Program-made: the position numbers and the translations under genes
Part shown: piece after piece, positions 1 to 9,985 of the stretch
How the letters are laid out: each line of letters begins with the position of its first letter
Numbering within the stretch: position 1 is the first letter of the stretch
The notes under the pieces: generated by a model
The model's database searches: none
The model's input: only the letters and a program-made list of their open reading frames with translations
Told to the model about the DNA's origin: nothing
Origin: Promethearchaeota archaeon
GTDB lineage: Archaea > Asgardarchaeota > Thorarchaeia > Thorarchaeales > Thorarchaeaceae
Length of the DNA: 39,409 bases
NCBI GenBank assembly: GCA_014728035.1
Contig: WJMJ01000028.1
Location: forward strand, 1 to 39,409
Reading direction: 5' to 3'

Positions 1-260
1 CCAGAATAGATATAGATTGAACCAGTGTCTTTTAAAACCCGATGTGCCTGTTTAATCCATTCCATACTGAACTTATAATAATCATCAGGTGCTTCTTGAT
101 AACCACCAACAACAAACTTCGACTTTCGAGCGTAGTTTCCCTTGTTCTTGCCATCGAAGCCCAACCCAAAGGGAGGGTCAGCGATAATGAGGTCTATACT
201 CTCATCATCGATATCTTTCTTCATTCCATTGATACAATCGTCATAATATACCTGTAACAT
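1..260 (-). CDS. DNA N4-cytosine/N6-adenine methyltransferase (beta class), 5' part only, runs off the window edge
   Basis: Not in the ORF track. Manual translation from ATG at 260 (TGATG overlap with the upstream gene): MLQVYYDDCINGMKKDIDDESIDLIIADPPFGLG...WIKQAHRVLKDTGSIYI. It has the DPPF catalytic motif IV and the typical 'RVLK..GSI' segment. Confidence 0.9.
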   Translation of the reverse strand, partial: MLQVYYDDCINGMKKDIDDESIDLIIADPPFGLGFDGKNKGNYARKSKFVVGGYQEAPDDYYKFSMEWIKQAHRVLKDTGSIYIYS

Positions 261-1207
261 CAGTTCTCCTCCAGATCAACATGCACTATTCCATCATGGT
301 CATAGACCACCCTATCAGGACAGTTGTTCTGATACGCACAGAACATACATCGACCTTTGAGTCCTAGTCTGAAGTTTCGATGATTCAGTGTACGAAACTT
401 AGGTTCCTTCAGAATGTCCAATGCTTCTAAAAAAGCTGATGTATCAACCGGATATTTGTATAACTCGTATCCAATCTCGTTGTTTGGTCGTTTGAACAGA
501 CCACTCCAACACTCATGATTGATAGGGTATTTTCCGTTCTCACTAGCCTTATCAAAATTACCAGTGACTTCAGCCATGTGATGATAGGTTGATAATTGCT
601 CTGGGTGGCTGGCCTGTTTTCGAATACTATACTTCCAGTCCATCAGTGTCACAACCCACTGGCTCTTACATTCACAGAGTGGATCATTTGGTACATGATG
701 AGCACATTCATGGAAATAACCATCATCTGCTACCTGTCCCTTCAGCCAGACTCGACCGATAAGATCAGCGGTACCAGCTACAGCCATACCTGTTCCCATG
801 AAATCATCTACGAACATGGTCTGTTCTATCAATATTGGGTCCAGACCTGGGACTCGCTCTTCGTCATTAAAATAGTATAATGAACGATAGAACTGAAGGA
901 ACCCTTCGAATCCTTCATTAGCTGGCATGATAAGTCGTTCTTGAATCTGTCCAGCCTCTTCCCATCTCTTTATGATCTTCTCGGCACTCGGTCCCCAATT
1001 TATTGGTGGTGGTAGAGCATAACCCTTTGCTTCACATAAAAACTTCTCAATCTTCCAATGAACAAGTGAACCTGGTAATGTTATAGCGTTACCAACAAGG
1101 CTCTTCTCTGTTCCATGTCTTATATTCCACGCAACTGCCTCGCACTCACGCCCACCAATGACACCTGTTACCCTATAATAGTCTTTCCCATCTCGTCTAT
1201 ATGCCAT
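260..1207 (-). CDS. PD-(D/E)XK exonuclease (RecB/Cas4-like superfamily, viral recombination nuclease)
   Basis: YYRVTGVIG N-terminal motif, AGTADLIG (D), MDWKYS (D-x-K), QLSTY (QxxxY) and a C-terminal CMFCAYQNNC cysteine cluster. Confidence 0.75.
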   Translation of the reverse strand: MAYRRDGKDYYRVTGVIGGRECEAVAWNIRHGTEKSLVGNAITLPGSLVHWKIEKFLCEAKGYALPPPINWGPSAEKIIKRWEEAGQIQERLIMPANEGFEGFLQFYRSLYYFNDEERVPGLDPILIEQTMFVDDFMGTGMAVAGTADLIGRVWLKGQVADDGYFHECAHHVPNDPLCECKSQWVVTLMDWKYSIRKQASHPEQLSTYHHMAEVTGNFDKASENGKYPINHECWSGLFKRPNNEIGYELYKYPVDTSAFLEALDILKEPKFRTLNHRNFRLGLKGRCMFCAYQNNCPDRVVYDHDGIVHVDLEEN

Positions 1208-1507
1208 CTACTCATTCACCGACCAGAGATATTTACGTCTTCCACGTTGTCCTTCTGGACGTGGTTGCTTTGTCATTGTTATACGTAGATGTTCTGGGCA
1301 TTCATCAGTTGCCATCCAACGTAACTTTGGTTGGATTGTATCATATGATATACTCAATGATTCTGCAATGGTGTTAGTGTCAAATCTTCGTGGTGAACGT
1401 TCGGATAACCAATCATATAGAATCTCTTCATATTCCCGTAAAATAAGATTACCTTTGTCATCCTGAATATATAATCGTCCGCCTTTTCGTATTAATTCTT
1501 GTGTCAT
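1208..1507 (-). CDS. Small winged-helix DNA-binding protein (putative)
   Basis: Helix-turn-helix-like segment 'TNTIAESLSISYDTIQPKLRWM' followed by a wing 'GRRKYLWSV'; stop abuts the next gene. Confidence 0.55.
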   Translation of the reverse strand: MTQELIRKGGRLYIQDDKGNLILREYEEILYDWLSERSPRRFDTNTIAESLSISYDTIQPKLRWMATDECPEHLRITMTKQPRPEGQRGRRKYLWSVNE

Positions 1508-1872
1508 ATTATTCGTCGCCCCATAATTTTCTGATGGTAGAGGGGAGCGCCCTCTAACTCATAGCCAGGACAACCTTCATTCTTTTCCATCGAACGACCG
1601 ACACTACAATTCTCAAAATGTTTCTTCATCCAGAACTTACGTTCTTGTGAGGTAGTTGCTTTACTTGCTCGTTTACAACGACACATATCCCGTGAACTAC
1701 CAGGGATAATCTGATGGTGACGACAATTGTTACCATCACATAATCCCATTGAGGACATCTGTTCATTATAATGTCTGACAAGATCACGAAACTGCCGAAC
1801 AGTCTCTTCTTGTCTAGCAGCCGTTATATCTGGAAGGTTTCGTAATGTTCGTTTATGGCGTCTGGCTGACAT
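1504..1872 (-). CDS. Basic cysteine-rich hypothetical protein
   Basis: 122-aa ORF about 22 nt downstream of a BRE/TATA box; ATGA overlap with the next gene. Confidence 0.6.
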   Translation of the reverse strand: MSARRHKRTLRNLPDITAARQEETVRQFRDLVRHYNEQMSSMGLCDGNNCRHHQIIPGSSRDMCRCKRASKATTSQERKFWMKKHFENCSVGRSMEKNEGCPGYELEGAPLYHQKIMGRRII

Positions 1873-1893
1873 AATATCATTATATATCGAATG

Positions 1894-1910
1894 GTTTAAA
1901 AGTTTTTTGT
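1894..1910 (-). promoter_or_regulatory. Archaeal BRE-TATA promoter
   Basis: Minus strand ACAAAAAACTTTTAAAC, 22 nt upstream of ATG 1872 (leaderless-type spacing). Confidence 0.6.
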
Positions 1911-1920
1911 AAAGCCAATT

Positions 1921-4900
1921 TTAACCAACTACACATACTGATGTACCACAGTCTTTACACGTCATACAACCCTCTTTATGGTCGATATTAACTGAACCAC
2001 AGTTCTCACATGTAACATCCGATAGAAATGCGTCACGGAAACAACCATCTCTAAATATTGTCATCCCCTTACAACCGGTCACAAATCCCTGAATGATGAT
2101 AGACTTTACATCTTCAATCGTGGCCTCGTTTGGCATGTTGATGGTCTTTGATATCGACATTTCAACATGTTCTTGTACAGTTACCTGCATTCGAACATGG
2201 TCTTGCGGTGATATCTCACTGGCTGTGATAAATACATTATATTTCTCTGGTAGTTTGCCCTCTTTAACCAAGGTTCGAGGGGTCTTTCCAGTTGAAATCA
2301 TCTCACTCAATATATCTTCTAATCCATCTTCTTCTAATTGTTTCTTGAAACTCTGAGCAACAACAATCGCTGGTGGTTTACCTTCTCTGTTCATCTGATA
2401 TGCCATACTGAAGAACGGTTCTATACCAGAACTAACACCAGCAATGAATGAGATTGATCCTGTTGGAGCAATAGATGTTATGGTTCCATTTCTTCGTGGT
2501 AATCCATCACCAGTCTGCCATGCTGGGTAAATTCCATCTATATCTTTGAGTCTTATACTCTCGTTCAATCCTGTTGACTGAAGATATGATATTATCTCAC
2601 GGGTTACCTTGATAGCCTCATCACTTCCATATGTGATCCCCATCATCGCTAATACATCAGCGAGTCCCATCATACCAAGACCTATCTTTCTTGTTTCTTT
2701 TGCAGCTCGTTCCATCTGTGGTAATGGATAGTTATTCTTATCGATGATAGAGTTAAGCAGTTGAACTAATGTTCTGATGGTCTTTGATAGTTTCATATAA
2801 TCTATCACCCATCTATCATTCGTTTTCTTTATATGTTCCATCAGGTTTACAGAGGCTAGACAACAACTCTCCCAATAATATAATCCAGTTTCACCACAGT
2901 TTCGTATAATAACACCAGTTTGTCGTGTAGTTGATTCGAGATTTGTCACAACTGCATAATTATTATATCTTGGAACTGTTAAATTGAATACATCTTGTTT
3001 ACCAATATATTCAATTGATAATACTTTACGGTCATCTTGTTCATCAAAATTACAATGCTGTGAAATAATATCACTATCACGATTATAATATTCTGCAATC
3101 ATTTTATGTTCTGGTAACCATCGTTGTTCTCTCTCGTTTGTACTAACTGCCCAATATTTTGTTGATTTTCTTTTTGGTGAATATTCGCAGCGATTAAATG
3201 GCATGAGAGAATCACCTTTGTTTAACTTGTCAACTCTCACATACTCACCAGTTCTAAGCATCATTCTGTGGTTTGCTGTAACATCTAAAGATGAACCATC
3301 ATTAAATGTCACTCTATAGACTTCAATATCATATCCAGTCTTTCTTGGGGCAACAGCCGTTTCAACTACAATTCGTTCGCCATTGAATGAATAGACGGGT
3401 ACTTGTTTACCATCTTCAGCTAACTCTCTTATAGGAACTTGTCCTCTACCATCTGCAACAGCAATAAGTGTATCACCAGTAATACATGGATTTACACCTT
3501 GAATGTTTCCCATCGATGGAGTGGTGTTGCCACGTTGAATAGTATCCCAATATAATACACCTGGTTCTCCATTTGTCCACATCGACTTTGTTATCCTATG
3601 AAATAGATCATTGGCGGACATTGCTGGTCTATCAGCCTCAATCATTGGATCATAAGCCGGAAATGGTCTGCCGTTTCTTGGATTTATGAATACAATCTCA
3701 GCATTACGTTCTAACTTATCAAAGAACTCATCTGTTAATCCAATACTGATATTAAATGTGGATAGTTCTCCATCAACATCCTTTGCATGTAACCAGCGAA
3801 GAACATCGGGATGGTCATATTTTAAGATACCTATATTAGCCGCACGTCGTTTTCCACCCTGTTTTATCACTTGTCCAACCACATCAAACATCCTAAGAAA
3901 ACTAACAGTACCAGAAGAGGTTCCACCGGTCTTTTGAATGATATCTCCAGTTGGTCGTAGTTTAGAGAAGTTCATGCCGGTATTGTGTACAGCAATAAAA
4001 GACGAACTACCAGCAAGATAATTCTCATATTTATCAACAGTGAAGTCATAAAACGATTTTTCTTCTTTGATATGTTCTATCTTCTTTATCTTCGTTTTTC
4101 TACTGATTGTGAACCTTTCACCACGATGTTGTTTTACCGTTGGAAATAACTTTGTCATTGATGTTGGGAATGTAACTTCTGCCCATGTTCCTCTGATTTC
4201 ATTATCGGACTCTAGGTTATTACGTTCTCGTATGGTACTATTCACCCCAATCAACGATAAATGTCTCGATATACATTCAGCCATTTCTCTATTCTTAGTT
4301 GAAATACCACTTTTTCCATTACCGATATACCCGTCTGAATCAATTAATCCAGCAATGAACGCAAACGGATTTGGACATAAGAAACCAAGTGGTGGTATTT
4401 GTTTAGATTGAGTAATATCAGAGTTTAGATTAATTACACGTTTGAAAAATCTTTGTGCTTCAGAATTTGCATTACCATGTTTACTATCTACTACACATGT
4501 AATCTGAACACATGACAGACCTCTATCATCAGTATATAGATTACCAGATGAACCTGTATATCGCATGAAAATAGATTGTACTCGTTCTAACATGTCTTTC
4601 TTTTTATCATAAAATCTCAATCTAACTCCCTGTTTTCCTTCATCGATACTTCCATTTCCAAGAAAATATCCATACAACCACCAGAAATCTGGTTCATCAT
4701 TTATAAATAATCTATCAAATATTGATGGCGTCAAGATATAATCATTCTTACTTAATTCATCTGCTCGTTTTTCTATTATCTTGTTAAACGTTAAACTATT
4801 ATTTTTTCTCCATACTAGAAACTTATGCCAAGGTGTTACTTCTATCATACCATGATTACCAAAATGAACACGATAATATTCATCTTGTTTAAATCTCCAT

Positions 4901-5373
4901 AGGTGTGTTACTGTTCCGTGAGTAAATGTACTAGAATGTTTGTCGAATGAAAATACGGTGAAAGGAGTACATTCGTATGGTTGTTCATCTTCAGGAATAT
5001 CATTAAAAGTAGGTATGTTTTCAATTGGAATGAAACCAAATTCATGTGTTGGTATAATAGTACCAGATGCACAACATCCGCCACCATGTTTTTGAATGAT
5101 TGCGGTTGACTTTACAGCCTCCATTATTCCTTCCAAATCATCAGGAAGAGGAACAAGATTACAGGCTGATAAATAACCCGATTCTAGTCCACTGTTCATC
5201 AGTGTGGGACTATTTGGTAGTCCTCTACAGTTTACTAATACGTCATAATAATCTTTGAACTGTTCAGGTGTGTCAGCATGAAAGTCTGCTACACGACAGC
5301 ACATCTTTTCCCAATCCTCGCCTGGTTGGAAGTATCGTTCTTTTAAGAAATCTTCTGCTATATGATTAACCAT
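1921..5373 (-). CDS. nrdJ: Class II (adenosylcobalamin-dependent) ribonucleotide reductase with two inteins (about 589 aa spliced)
   Basis: PNSPTLMN, LSAC, GGG|TGMNFSKLRP, QGGKRRAAN, GEPG, NP|CGE (thiyl radical Cys), ESCCLASVNL, IAPTGSIS, SISKTINMP and a C-terminal Zn ribbon. Confidence 0.93.
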   Translation of the reverse strand: MVNHIAEDFLKERYFQPGEDWEKMCCRVADFHADTPEQFKDYYDVLVNCRGLPNSPTLMNSGLESGYLSACNLVPLPDDLEGIMEAVKSTAIIQKHGGGCCASGTIIPTHEFGFIPIENIPTFNDIPEDEQPYECTPFTVFSFDKHSSTFTHGTVTHLWRFKQDEYYRVHFGNHGMIEVTPWHKFLVWRKNNSLTFNKIIEKRADELSKNDYILTPSIFDRLFINDEPDFWWLYGYFLGNGSIDEGKQGVRLRFYDKKKDMLERVQSIFMRYTGSSGNLYTDDRGLSCVQITCVVDSKHGNANSEAQRFFKRVINLNSDITQSKQIPPLGFLCPNPFAFIAGLIDSDGYIGNGKSGISTKNREMAECISRHLSLIGVNSTIRERNNLESDNEIRGTWAEVTFPTSMTKLFPTVKQHRGERFTISRKTKIKKIEHIKEEKSFYDFTVDKYENYLAGSSSFIAVHNTGMNFSKLRPTGDIIQKTGGTSSGTVSFLRMFDVVGQVIKQGGKRRAANIGILKYDHPDVLRWLHAKDVDGELSTFNISIGLTDEFFDKLERNAEIVFINPRNGRPFPAYDPMIEADRPAMSANDLFHRITKSMWTNGEPGVLYWDTIQRGNTTPSMGNIQGVNPCITGDTLIAVADGRGQVPIRELAEDGKQVPVYSFNGERIVVETAVAPRKTGYDIEVYRVTFNDGSSLDVTANHRMMLRTGEYVRVDKLNKGDSLMPFNRCEYSPKRKSTKYWAVSTNEREQRWLPEHKMIAEYYNRDSDIISQHCNFDEQDDRKVLSIEYIGKQDVFNLTVPRYNNYAVVTNLESTTRQTGVIIRNCGETGLYYWESCCLASVNLMEHIKKTNDRWVIDYMKLSKTIRTLVQLLNSIIDKNNYPLPQMERAAKETRKIGLGMMGLADVLAMMGITYGSDEAIKVTREIISYLQSTGLNESIRLKDIDGIYPAWQTGDGLPRRNGTITSIAPTGSISFIAGVSSGIEPFFSMAYQMNREGKPPAIVVAQSFKKQLEEDGLEDILSEMISTGKTPRTLVKEGKLPEKYNVFITASEISPQDHVRMQVTVQEHVEMSISKTINMPNEATIEDVKSIIIQGFVTGCKGMTIFRDGCFRDAFLSDVTCENCGSVNIDHKEGCMTCKDCGTSVCVVG
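2899..3486 (-). mobile_element. Intein 2 in RNR at the catalytic NPCGE site (196 aa, mini-intein with an HNH-like remnant)
   Basis: Starts CITGDT after NP, has block B 'VTANHRM' and ends IIRN before Cys+1 (CGE). Confidence 0.9.
3982..5076 (-). mobile_element. Intein 1 in RNR with LAGLIDADG homing endonuclease (365 aa)
   Basis: Starts CCASGT after GGG and ends AVHN before Thr+1. LAGLIDADG-like motifs LYGYFLGNG and FIAGLIDSDG. Confidence 0.92.
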
Positions 5374-5445
5374 TGTAAATTACTCCGTTGTTTCATGTGT
5401 ATGAAAGTGAGTAATTGAAAGCTTACTCACTCACACTAAAAAGTA

Positions 5446-6126
5446 TTATGTATCTACCAAGTCTCGTCTATGTAATAATCGAACAACTGCTAGGTCTTTG
5501 AACAAGAAACCAAATCCCTTATGATATAATATCTTATACATCTGACGTGCCATCTCCTGTATCTCAAAATCTGCATGAGAATGAAGCCTTTGTTCAAAAA
5601 GATTTCGTAGCGACCGCGCGTTTATTGTCATACGTAGTCCTGTACGAAATCCTGATGGAACTATACGACGAGCAACGTCAACAGGATATCCTTTATCCAA
5701 CCATTTATGATAGAGGTTGATTATCGTATTCATATCTTGTTTCCATTCCTTCATGTCTTCAGGATCATTACTGATGTGAGGCGGAATTACCAATGAAGAT
5801 TGAGGATTGAAATCTCGTTCAATCCGCATGGTCTTTTGTGTGTACGAGGCTATCCTATGACGAACCAGTTGATGGGATGTTACCCGTGAAGTACTGATAA
5901 CAAAACTAAATACAAAATGCTCTATCACGCTGGTATGTCCCATACCAATCCATTTTTGTATCTTGCGTTTTGCTTCTCCGAACGTGATATCTGAGGTTTT
6001 ATCCATGTACATATCACTATCAAATCTAGTGTTAAGAACATCATTGACCACTCCTATTGTTATATCACGTACATCAGGATTGAATCCCCTTGCAAGTGCG
6101 ACTGATACATAACTCCTATCTTCCAT
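5446..6126 (-). CDS. thyX: Flavin-dependent thymidylate synthase
   Basis: GHTSVIEH, SRVTSHQLVRHRIASYTQ (RHRx7S-like), ARRIVP, INARSLRNLFEQRL..HA..EI. Probable start is ATG 6126 (MEDRS), not the longer track start. Confidence 0.93.
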   Translation of the reverse strand: MEDRSYVSVALARGFNPDVRDITIGVVNDVLNTRFDSDMYMDKTSDITFGEAKRKIQKWIGMGHTSVIEHFVFSFVISTSRVTSHQLVRHRIASYTQKTMRIERDFNPQSSLVIPPHISNDPEDMKEWKQDMNTIINLYHKWLDKGYPVDVARRIVPSGFRTGLRMTINARSLRNLFEQRLHSHADFEIQEMARQMYKILYHKGFGFLFKDLAVVRLLHRRDLVDT

Positions 6127-6499
6127 AGTATTCACACTCTTCGGTTTCTTGACCACGAATAATAGCAGCACCGCAATTGAAACAGAACATCCCTTCAGTG
6201 TATTTTCTTGGATTACCTATGATTGGTATCCATCGTTCAGTAGCCATTGATATTATCATTGGTACCATTTTCATGAAATATGATTCTACCTCCTTCATCA
6301 CTCTCTTGAGTAATATCTGTTCATTCAATGATGATCGTAGTGAGGTATCTGACTTTTTTACTATCATTGACTCTTCATGAAATATTGTTGGTACTGGCGT
6401 TCTCCATTGGTAACTCTTTTGTGGAAGAGGTATATCACTTGTTGATCCAGAAGCTGGAATATAACTAGGATTGAACGTTACGTAATTATAGCCCGTCAT
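6116..6499 (-). CDS. Hypothetical protein with C-terminal Zn finger
   Basis: CFNCG...CEYY; in series with its neighbours. Confidence 0.55.
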   Translation of the reverse strand: MTGYNYVTFNPSYIPASGSTSDIPLPQKSYQWRTPVPTIFHEESMIVKKSDTSLRSSLNEQILLKRVMKEVESYFMKMVPMIISMATERWIPIIGNPRKYTEGMFCFNCGAAIIRGQETEECEYYGR

Positions 6500-6503
6500 G
6501 ATA

Positions 6504-6722
6504 TCACTTCTTTATGATTGCAAATGTGCCATCTTGTTTGATGATATAGTGTGTCTGTACCTCTTTCAATATAGCACCATATTCTTTTCCTGATACCTCT
6601 GAATACACGGTCATGTGTATTGTATCATCTTCTACATCCACCACAAATCGTCTATATGTACTTCTAGCACCAGCTTGTGCTAACAATAGACCATATGTGT
6701 ATAGTTGTTTTTTGTTTATCAT
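6504..6722 (-). CDS. Hypothetical protein
   Basis: 72-aa ORF tightly packed between genes, GGTGA Shine-Dalgarno upstream. Confidence 0.55.
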   Translation of the reverse strand: MINKKQLYTYGLLLAQAGARSTYRRFVVDVEDDTIHMTVYSEVSGKEYGAILKEVQTHYIIKQDGTFAIIKK

Positions 6723-6728
6723 TTTTTA

Positions 6729-8231
6729 TCACCTTAAATATGGGGTCTGTGATGTATCAACCTCAAACCCATGTTTCATCCATGTCGTCTTTCGACTTAT
6801 AGCATGGTCGGTCAGATATTTTCCTCTGTCCGCAAAGTCAAATATCTTACAGTCAACCTTTCCATCCTCTGGTCGCATGGCACGACCAACTTTTTGTAAT
6901 GTCTGAATAGCACTCTTACCACCATCACCAATGACCAATGCGTCGAGTCCCTTAAAGTCGAATCCTTCGCCGATTATACCCTCAGTACTGATAAGGGTCA
7001 TAAGGTCACGTTGTTTGAAACGTTTTAGGAGTTCATCCCGTTCATCATGAGTACCATGTACAAACTCAACCTCGTGGGTCGCGTCAGAAGAGGCCATATT
7101 TAACAGCTCTTCTCCATGATCTATCCTATCAACGAATATAAGGGTACTCCTTCCCTCTGCAAACATATCATTAGCGATGTTGATTATCTTTCTGTTTCGT
7201 TCACGATTATATACTATACCCATCTGATACATATCTTGCCATCTATCACCACTACTTGATGGTATAGACTTGACAGGAATGAACGTTATACGAGGATCAA
7301 TGAGCCAACCATTCTCTATGAGTGGTGCCTTTTTGATATCATGGATGATATCACCATATGCACCGATTGTTTTGATGTTCTCTCCATCCTCACGCATTAG
7401 AGGGGTTGCTGAGAACCCAATACGATAGTAAGCGTCTATCTTCATACTTGTATTATATGAGGTATTAGTACTACCATGATGACACTCGTCTTCTATCAAC
7501 ATTCCCCATCCATATGAACGATGTATATCCATCAGTTCGTTCCAATCCTTTGGGCGTTTCATAATACTTGCCAAGGATTGGGTGGTGGTGATGGTGATGA
7601 GAGAAGGTTCATATTTTCCATCTCCGATCATTCCGATATCATTTGGATGAATATTGATGGTGTTGGTTATCTCTCTATACATCTGCTTCATCAATACAAT
7701 CCGTGGAACCTTGATGAGGGTGGTGGTCTTCAGGCGACCAATCAATAGAGCAATCATCACTGTCTTACCGCTAGCGGTTGGTGATTTTATGATACCTCTA
7801 CCATTCTTTAGAATGGCTTGAATTGCTTCTTCTTGGTATTCTCGTGCTTCTCGTTTTGGTGACCAGTCAACATCTTGAAGAACAGGTGGTCTTGTACGCT
7901 CATTCTCTATGATTATCTCTTCTCCTCGTACACGTAGTAATGATAGGTAGGTTGATGTACAGCCTGTTGGAATCCACAGACTCTCTCCAAATTTTCTTCC
8001 GATAAACTTCTTCCCATCCCAACGTAACGCACGACACCATTCACAGGAACACGTTGCTGATGATGATTGGCAGACCCGCCTCTCTTTTCTTAGCCTTTCC
8101 ATCCATTTGTTTCGTCTTATCTCCCAATTCTTCATCGTAAAACTTGCGACCTCTTCAGCATAATCTAACATCGAAGGGTCATCTGAGTATATCTTTGTCC
8201 ATATATTTTGAATGATAAGTGTCGTTGTCAT
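6729..8231 (-). CDS. Superfamily 2 helicase (UvsW/XPB-like)
   Basis: Q-motif REYQ, Walker A SPTASGKT, DECHH, GFSATP, GEGFD and QKVGRAMR. Confidence 0.92.
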   Translation of the reverse strand: MTTTLIIQNIWTKIYSDDPSMLDYAEEVASFTMKNWEIRRNKWMERLRKERRVCQSSSATCSCEWCRALRWDGKKFIGRKFGESLWIPTGCTSTYLSLLRVRGEEIIIENERTRPPVLQDVDWSPKREAREYQEEAIQAILKNGRGIIKSPTASGKTVMIALLIGRLKTTTLIKVPRIVLMKQMYREITNTINIHPNDIGMIGDGKYEPSLITITTTQSLASIMKRPKDWNELMDIHRSYGWGMLIEDECHHGSTNTSYNTSMKIDAYYRIGFSATPLMREDGENIKTIGAYGDIIHDIKKAPLIENGWLIDPRITFIPVKSIPSSSGDRWQDMYQMGIVYNRERNRKIINIANDMFAEGRSTLIFVDRIDHGEELLNMASSDATHEVEFVHGTHDERDELLKRFKQRDLMTLISTEGIIGEGFDFKGLDALVIGDGGKSAIQTLQKVGRAMRPEDGKVDCKIFDFADRGKYLTDHAISRKTTWMKHGFEVDTSQTPYLR

Positions 8232-8458
8232 ACTTCTTTTACACTTTCCTTCACAATCTTTATCTCATCGATACGTTCTTTATATTCAATGATATAACCA
8301 TTATCATTCTTTTCTTCATCATATTTATTCAGTTCAAGTAAATCTTGTATCAATTGCAATACCTCTTCAAGTGATAAATCGTTAACATTATCTCTATACG
8401 CACCATATGTAAACGATTCTGGGTTCCAATGAACTGAATATCTCACTACACGTATCAT
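8228..8458 (-). CDS. Hypothetical protein
   Basis: Likely start ATG 8458 (MIRVVRY) after a GGTGTGAG SD and a TTTAAATA box; ATGA overlap with the helicase. Confidence 0.5.
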   Translation of the reverse strand: MIRVVRYSVHWNPESFTYGAYRDNVNDLSLEEVLQLIQDLLELNKYDEEKNDNGYIIEYKERIDEIKIVKESVKEV

Positions 8459-8532
8459 ATTTTTCTCACACCAAAACTTTACATCAAATCTATTTAAACA
8501 TGTTGTTATTACATTACCAAATAACACCCCAA

Positions 8533-8551
8533 AACGACAAACTTTTATATG
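8533..8551 (+). promoter_or_regulatory. BRE-TATA promoter for the actin-terminase run
   Basis: ACGACAAACTTTTATATG upstream of a GAGGT SD and ATG 8592. Confidence 0.5.
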
Positions 8552-8591
8552 TTTAGTACTTGTCAAATACACCTAACTAGAGGTAAAAACA

Positions 8592-9692
8592 ATGTTTGAT
8601 GACCCAGACATACCACATCATCCTAAGATTTTCGGTGTAAAAATCGGTAGTAAGTATACTGTTATCACTGATGGTGAAACAATCAGAAAGGAAGTAACAG
8701 TTATTCGCCGACGCCCCGTTGATCTCAAAGGTAACTATGAATATAATTTTAGTCGTCAGGCTGAGGGATGGAGCGATAGTCTATACCCCCTTAAACAGGG
8801 AGTTCCCCGTAATGACTCATTGATGTCAATTGCGGAGTCTATCAAACTAACATCTGCTTATACAGAATGGTTATTACAAGACATTCCAGACAAAGCAGGT
8901 GTCGTTGTATGCCTTCCACTCATTCGAGACCATGAAGGACTTAGCGCTCTCAAGACGGCAATCAGGCAATCCACTCCAGCTGAAAAAGGACTTCAGTTCT
9001 TTTCTGAAGCATGGGGTGCAGCATTAGGAACACTTCCAATCAGAGAGGCTGTTGGTACAAATGTATTAACAATGAACTTTGGTAGCTCAACTGTTGAGGT
9101 AACAATGCACGCCTCGAAGGTGTTAGTAGAATCAAATGTATATACATTTGGTGGAAGTGAGATTGATCGCAGACTTATCAATGCCATTGAACAATCCCAT
9201 CGAGGAACCAAGGCAACCGAGTCTGACGCACGAGCAATCAAAGAACAATATAGTTGGACAGAGAACAATGACGTTCCAGCAACCCTATCGAAAGAAGGGG
9301 CAAAACATGAACTTGTTATAGCTGGTGATATCATTCGACCAATCGTATCAAATGCTATCGATCATCTTGTTCATCTTATCAGAACTCAGTTCCTGCGTTC
9401 CGCTGAGATGAGTGATCCAGAAGCAGTTGGTTCATTACAAGGTTCTGGTAGAGGATATCTAGTTCTATGTGGTGGTATGGTCAACATGCCAGGTTTCGCA
9501 AAAGAACTATATGATAGACTCATCGAGATTGGAGCCATAAATGAATCAGTGATACTTGCAGTTCCAGAGGATGGTGTTATTGCACCAGCGATTGGAGCAT
9601 GGAAGGTTGGACAGGTTCTTGAAGACGCAAGACAAGAACGAAATGTTGATTCTTGGGACCGTATGGTCGATGAATCAGTAGATACAGAGTGA
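8592..9692 (+). CDS. Actin-fold ATPase, MreB/Salactin-like
   Basis: Phosphate-1 GVKIGSKYT, connect-1 SEAWGAA, phosphate-2 MNFGSSTVE, GGSEIDRRL, ARAIKEQY, adenosine motif LVLCGGMVNMPG and connect-2 APAIGA; 366 aa. Confidence 0.88.
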   Translation: MFDDPDIPHHPKIFGVKIGSKYTVITDGETIRKEVTVIRRRPVDLKGNYEYNFSRQAEGWSDSLYPLKQGVPRNDSLMSIAESIKLTSAYTEWLLQDIPDKAGVVVCLPLIRDHEGLSALKTAIRQSTPAEKGLQFFSEAWGAALGTLPIREAVGTNVLTMNFGSSTVEVTMHASKVLVESNVYTFGGSEIDRRLINAIEQSHRGTKATESDARAIKEQYSWTENNDVPATLSKEGAKHELVIAGDIIRPIVSNAIDHLVHLIRTQFLRSAEMSDPEAVGSLQGSGRGYLVLCGGMVNMPGFAKELYDRLIEIGAINESVILAVPEDGVIAPAIGAWKVGQVLEDARQERNVDSWDRMVDESVDTE

Positions 9693-9982
9693 TTAACATG
9701 ACAGAAACAGAAATACAAAAACTACAGACTGAGATTAAAGAACTGAAACAAGAGATTAGTGAGGCAAAGGGAGACATGTTTTCCTTTACCAAAGAAATCA
9801 CTAAACTACAAAACCAGATTCAAGAGATAACCAAATATCTCAACTTTCATACACATCCATTCATAATGGAATCTGGCATTGGCCGTTATCGAGAAGACTT
9901 ACTCGAAGAAGCCATTAAACAACAACAACAACGACAACAACAACAACGTCCTCAACCTACGCCAGAGAACGCGGAGGAATAA
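9689..9982 (+). CDS. Small coiled-coil protein with Gln-rich tail
   Basis: Heptad pattern IQKLQTEIKELKQEISE...ITKLQNQIQEI; GTGA overlap with the actin gene. Confidence 0.7.
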   Translation: MINMTETEIQKLQTEIKELKQEISEAKGDMFSFTKEITKLQNQIQEITKYLNFHTHPFIMESGIGRYREDLLEEAIKQQQQRQQQQRPQPTPENAEE

Positions 9983-9985
9983 TCA

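Noticed and set aside
42-257. Track ORF on the + strand
   Set aside because: It is the antisense shadow of the minus-strand methyltransferase, which has clear motifs.
260-1207. CRISPR-Cas locus suggested by the Cas4-like nuclease
   Set aside because: No repeat-spacer array and no other cas genes in the window; solo PD-(D/E)XK nucleases are common in archaeal viruses.
8592-9692. Hsp70/DnaK or eukaryote-like (Loki)actin
   Set aside because: There is no substrate-binding domain and the length fits a bare actin fold. The motifs lack the DNGSG/DSGDG signatures of true actins and fit MreB/Salactin better.
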